NCBI GenBank assembly: GCA_002402465.1
Contig: DHFW01000049.1
Location: 148,541-212,540, forward strand
DNA length: 64,000 nt
Source: Bacteroidales bacterium UBA4814
GTDB taxonomy: Bacteria > Bacteroidota > Bacteroidia > Bacteroidales > UBA7960
Direction of reading: 5' to 3'
Part shown: positions 63,860 through 64,000 of the stretch, piece after piece
Position numbering within the stretch: the first letter of the stretch is position 1
How the letters are laid out: the number at the start of each line of letters is the position of its first letter
Position numbers and translations under genes: made by a program
Notes under the pieces: generated by a model
What the model saw: the letters and a program-made list of their open reading frames with translations, nothing else
The model's database searches: none
What the model was told of the DNA's origin: nothing

Positions 63860-64000
63860 CTAAAGGGTTTTGCTTGTCTTAAAGAGATCAATGGAATTGT
63901 TTTCTACTAATTGCAAGGCATCCCGCAAAAGTAGTGATTTGTTTCCTTTTGGACCATTCAAGACTTTGGCGGGGTTTTGCTGCTGCTGGTTCGAGTTTTT
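63860..64000 (-). CDS. Possible 3' end of a gene entering from the right edge
   Basis: Own translation of the minus strand is open from the window edge to TAG (63862-63860): KNSNQQQQNPAKVLNGPKGNKSLLLRDALQLVENNSIDLFKTSKTL. No family recognised. Confidence 0.25.
   Translation of the reverse strand, partial: KNSNQQQQNPAKVLNGPKGNKSLLLRDALQLVENNSIDLFKTSKTL

Overview
The window looks like a contiguous stretch of a Bacteroidota-type chromosome. The evidence is TAnnTTTG '-7' promoter boxes, GH97/SusB-like and TonB-dependent receptor genes, PorT-like beta-barrels, and few Shine-Dalgarno sites. About 70 genes are supported. There is no rRNA, CRISPR array, transposase, integrase or prophage, and only one tRNA, Leu(CAA).

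Layout:
- 0-19 kb: housekeeping genes (sufB edge, xseAB, an OmpR/His-kinase pair, sodB, prs, rplY, pth, Nudix, pnuC, a Pif1-like helicase, GH97, rmuC).
- 19.1-23.2 kb: a small accessory patch. It holds two convergent GNAT proteins, one of them a 664-aa membrane-anchored protein of unknown type, plus an XRE regulator. The patch is bordered by two gene remnants.
- 23.2-39 kb: an envelope/general-stress island. It contains many tiny membrane proteins (lmo0937 x2, YtxH, CsbD-like, Thivi_2564, Pmp3, holin-X-like), MlaEFD, an M48 protease, a CheB-CheR-PAS fusion, a second OmpA/beta-barrel pair and an AraC regulator.
- 39.3-51.9 kb: a trehalose supercluster (TreS-maltokinase, TreZ, beta-PGM/T6P-phosphatase fusion, GH65 phosphorylase, OtsA-OtsB fusion) followed by MscS.
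- 52-58 kb: dipeptidase, a TetR/LolA-like unit and a TonB-dependent receptor.
- 58-63.7 kb: a tight seven-gene minus-strand operon rich in CDP-alcohol/CTP-transferase membrane enzymes.

Most interesting non-obvious signals:
1. A precisely phased TGTAAY-N15-TGTAAY-N21-(-7 box) promoter architecture recurs upstream of five stress-gene units. It fits an AraC/XylS-type activator, and a candidate regulator is encoded on site.
2. The XRE / TM-unknown-GNAT / GNAT module sits in a scarred locus.
3. The CDP-alcohol transferase operon has no assignable product.

All functional calls rest on motif and family recognition by eye. No database search was run.
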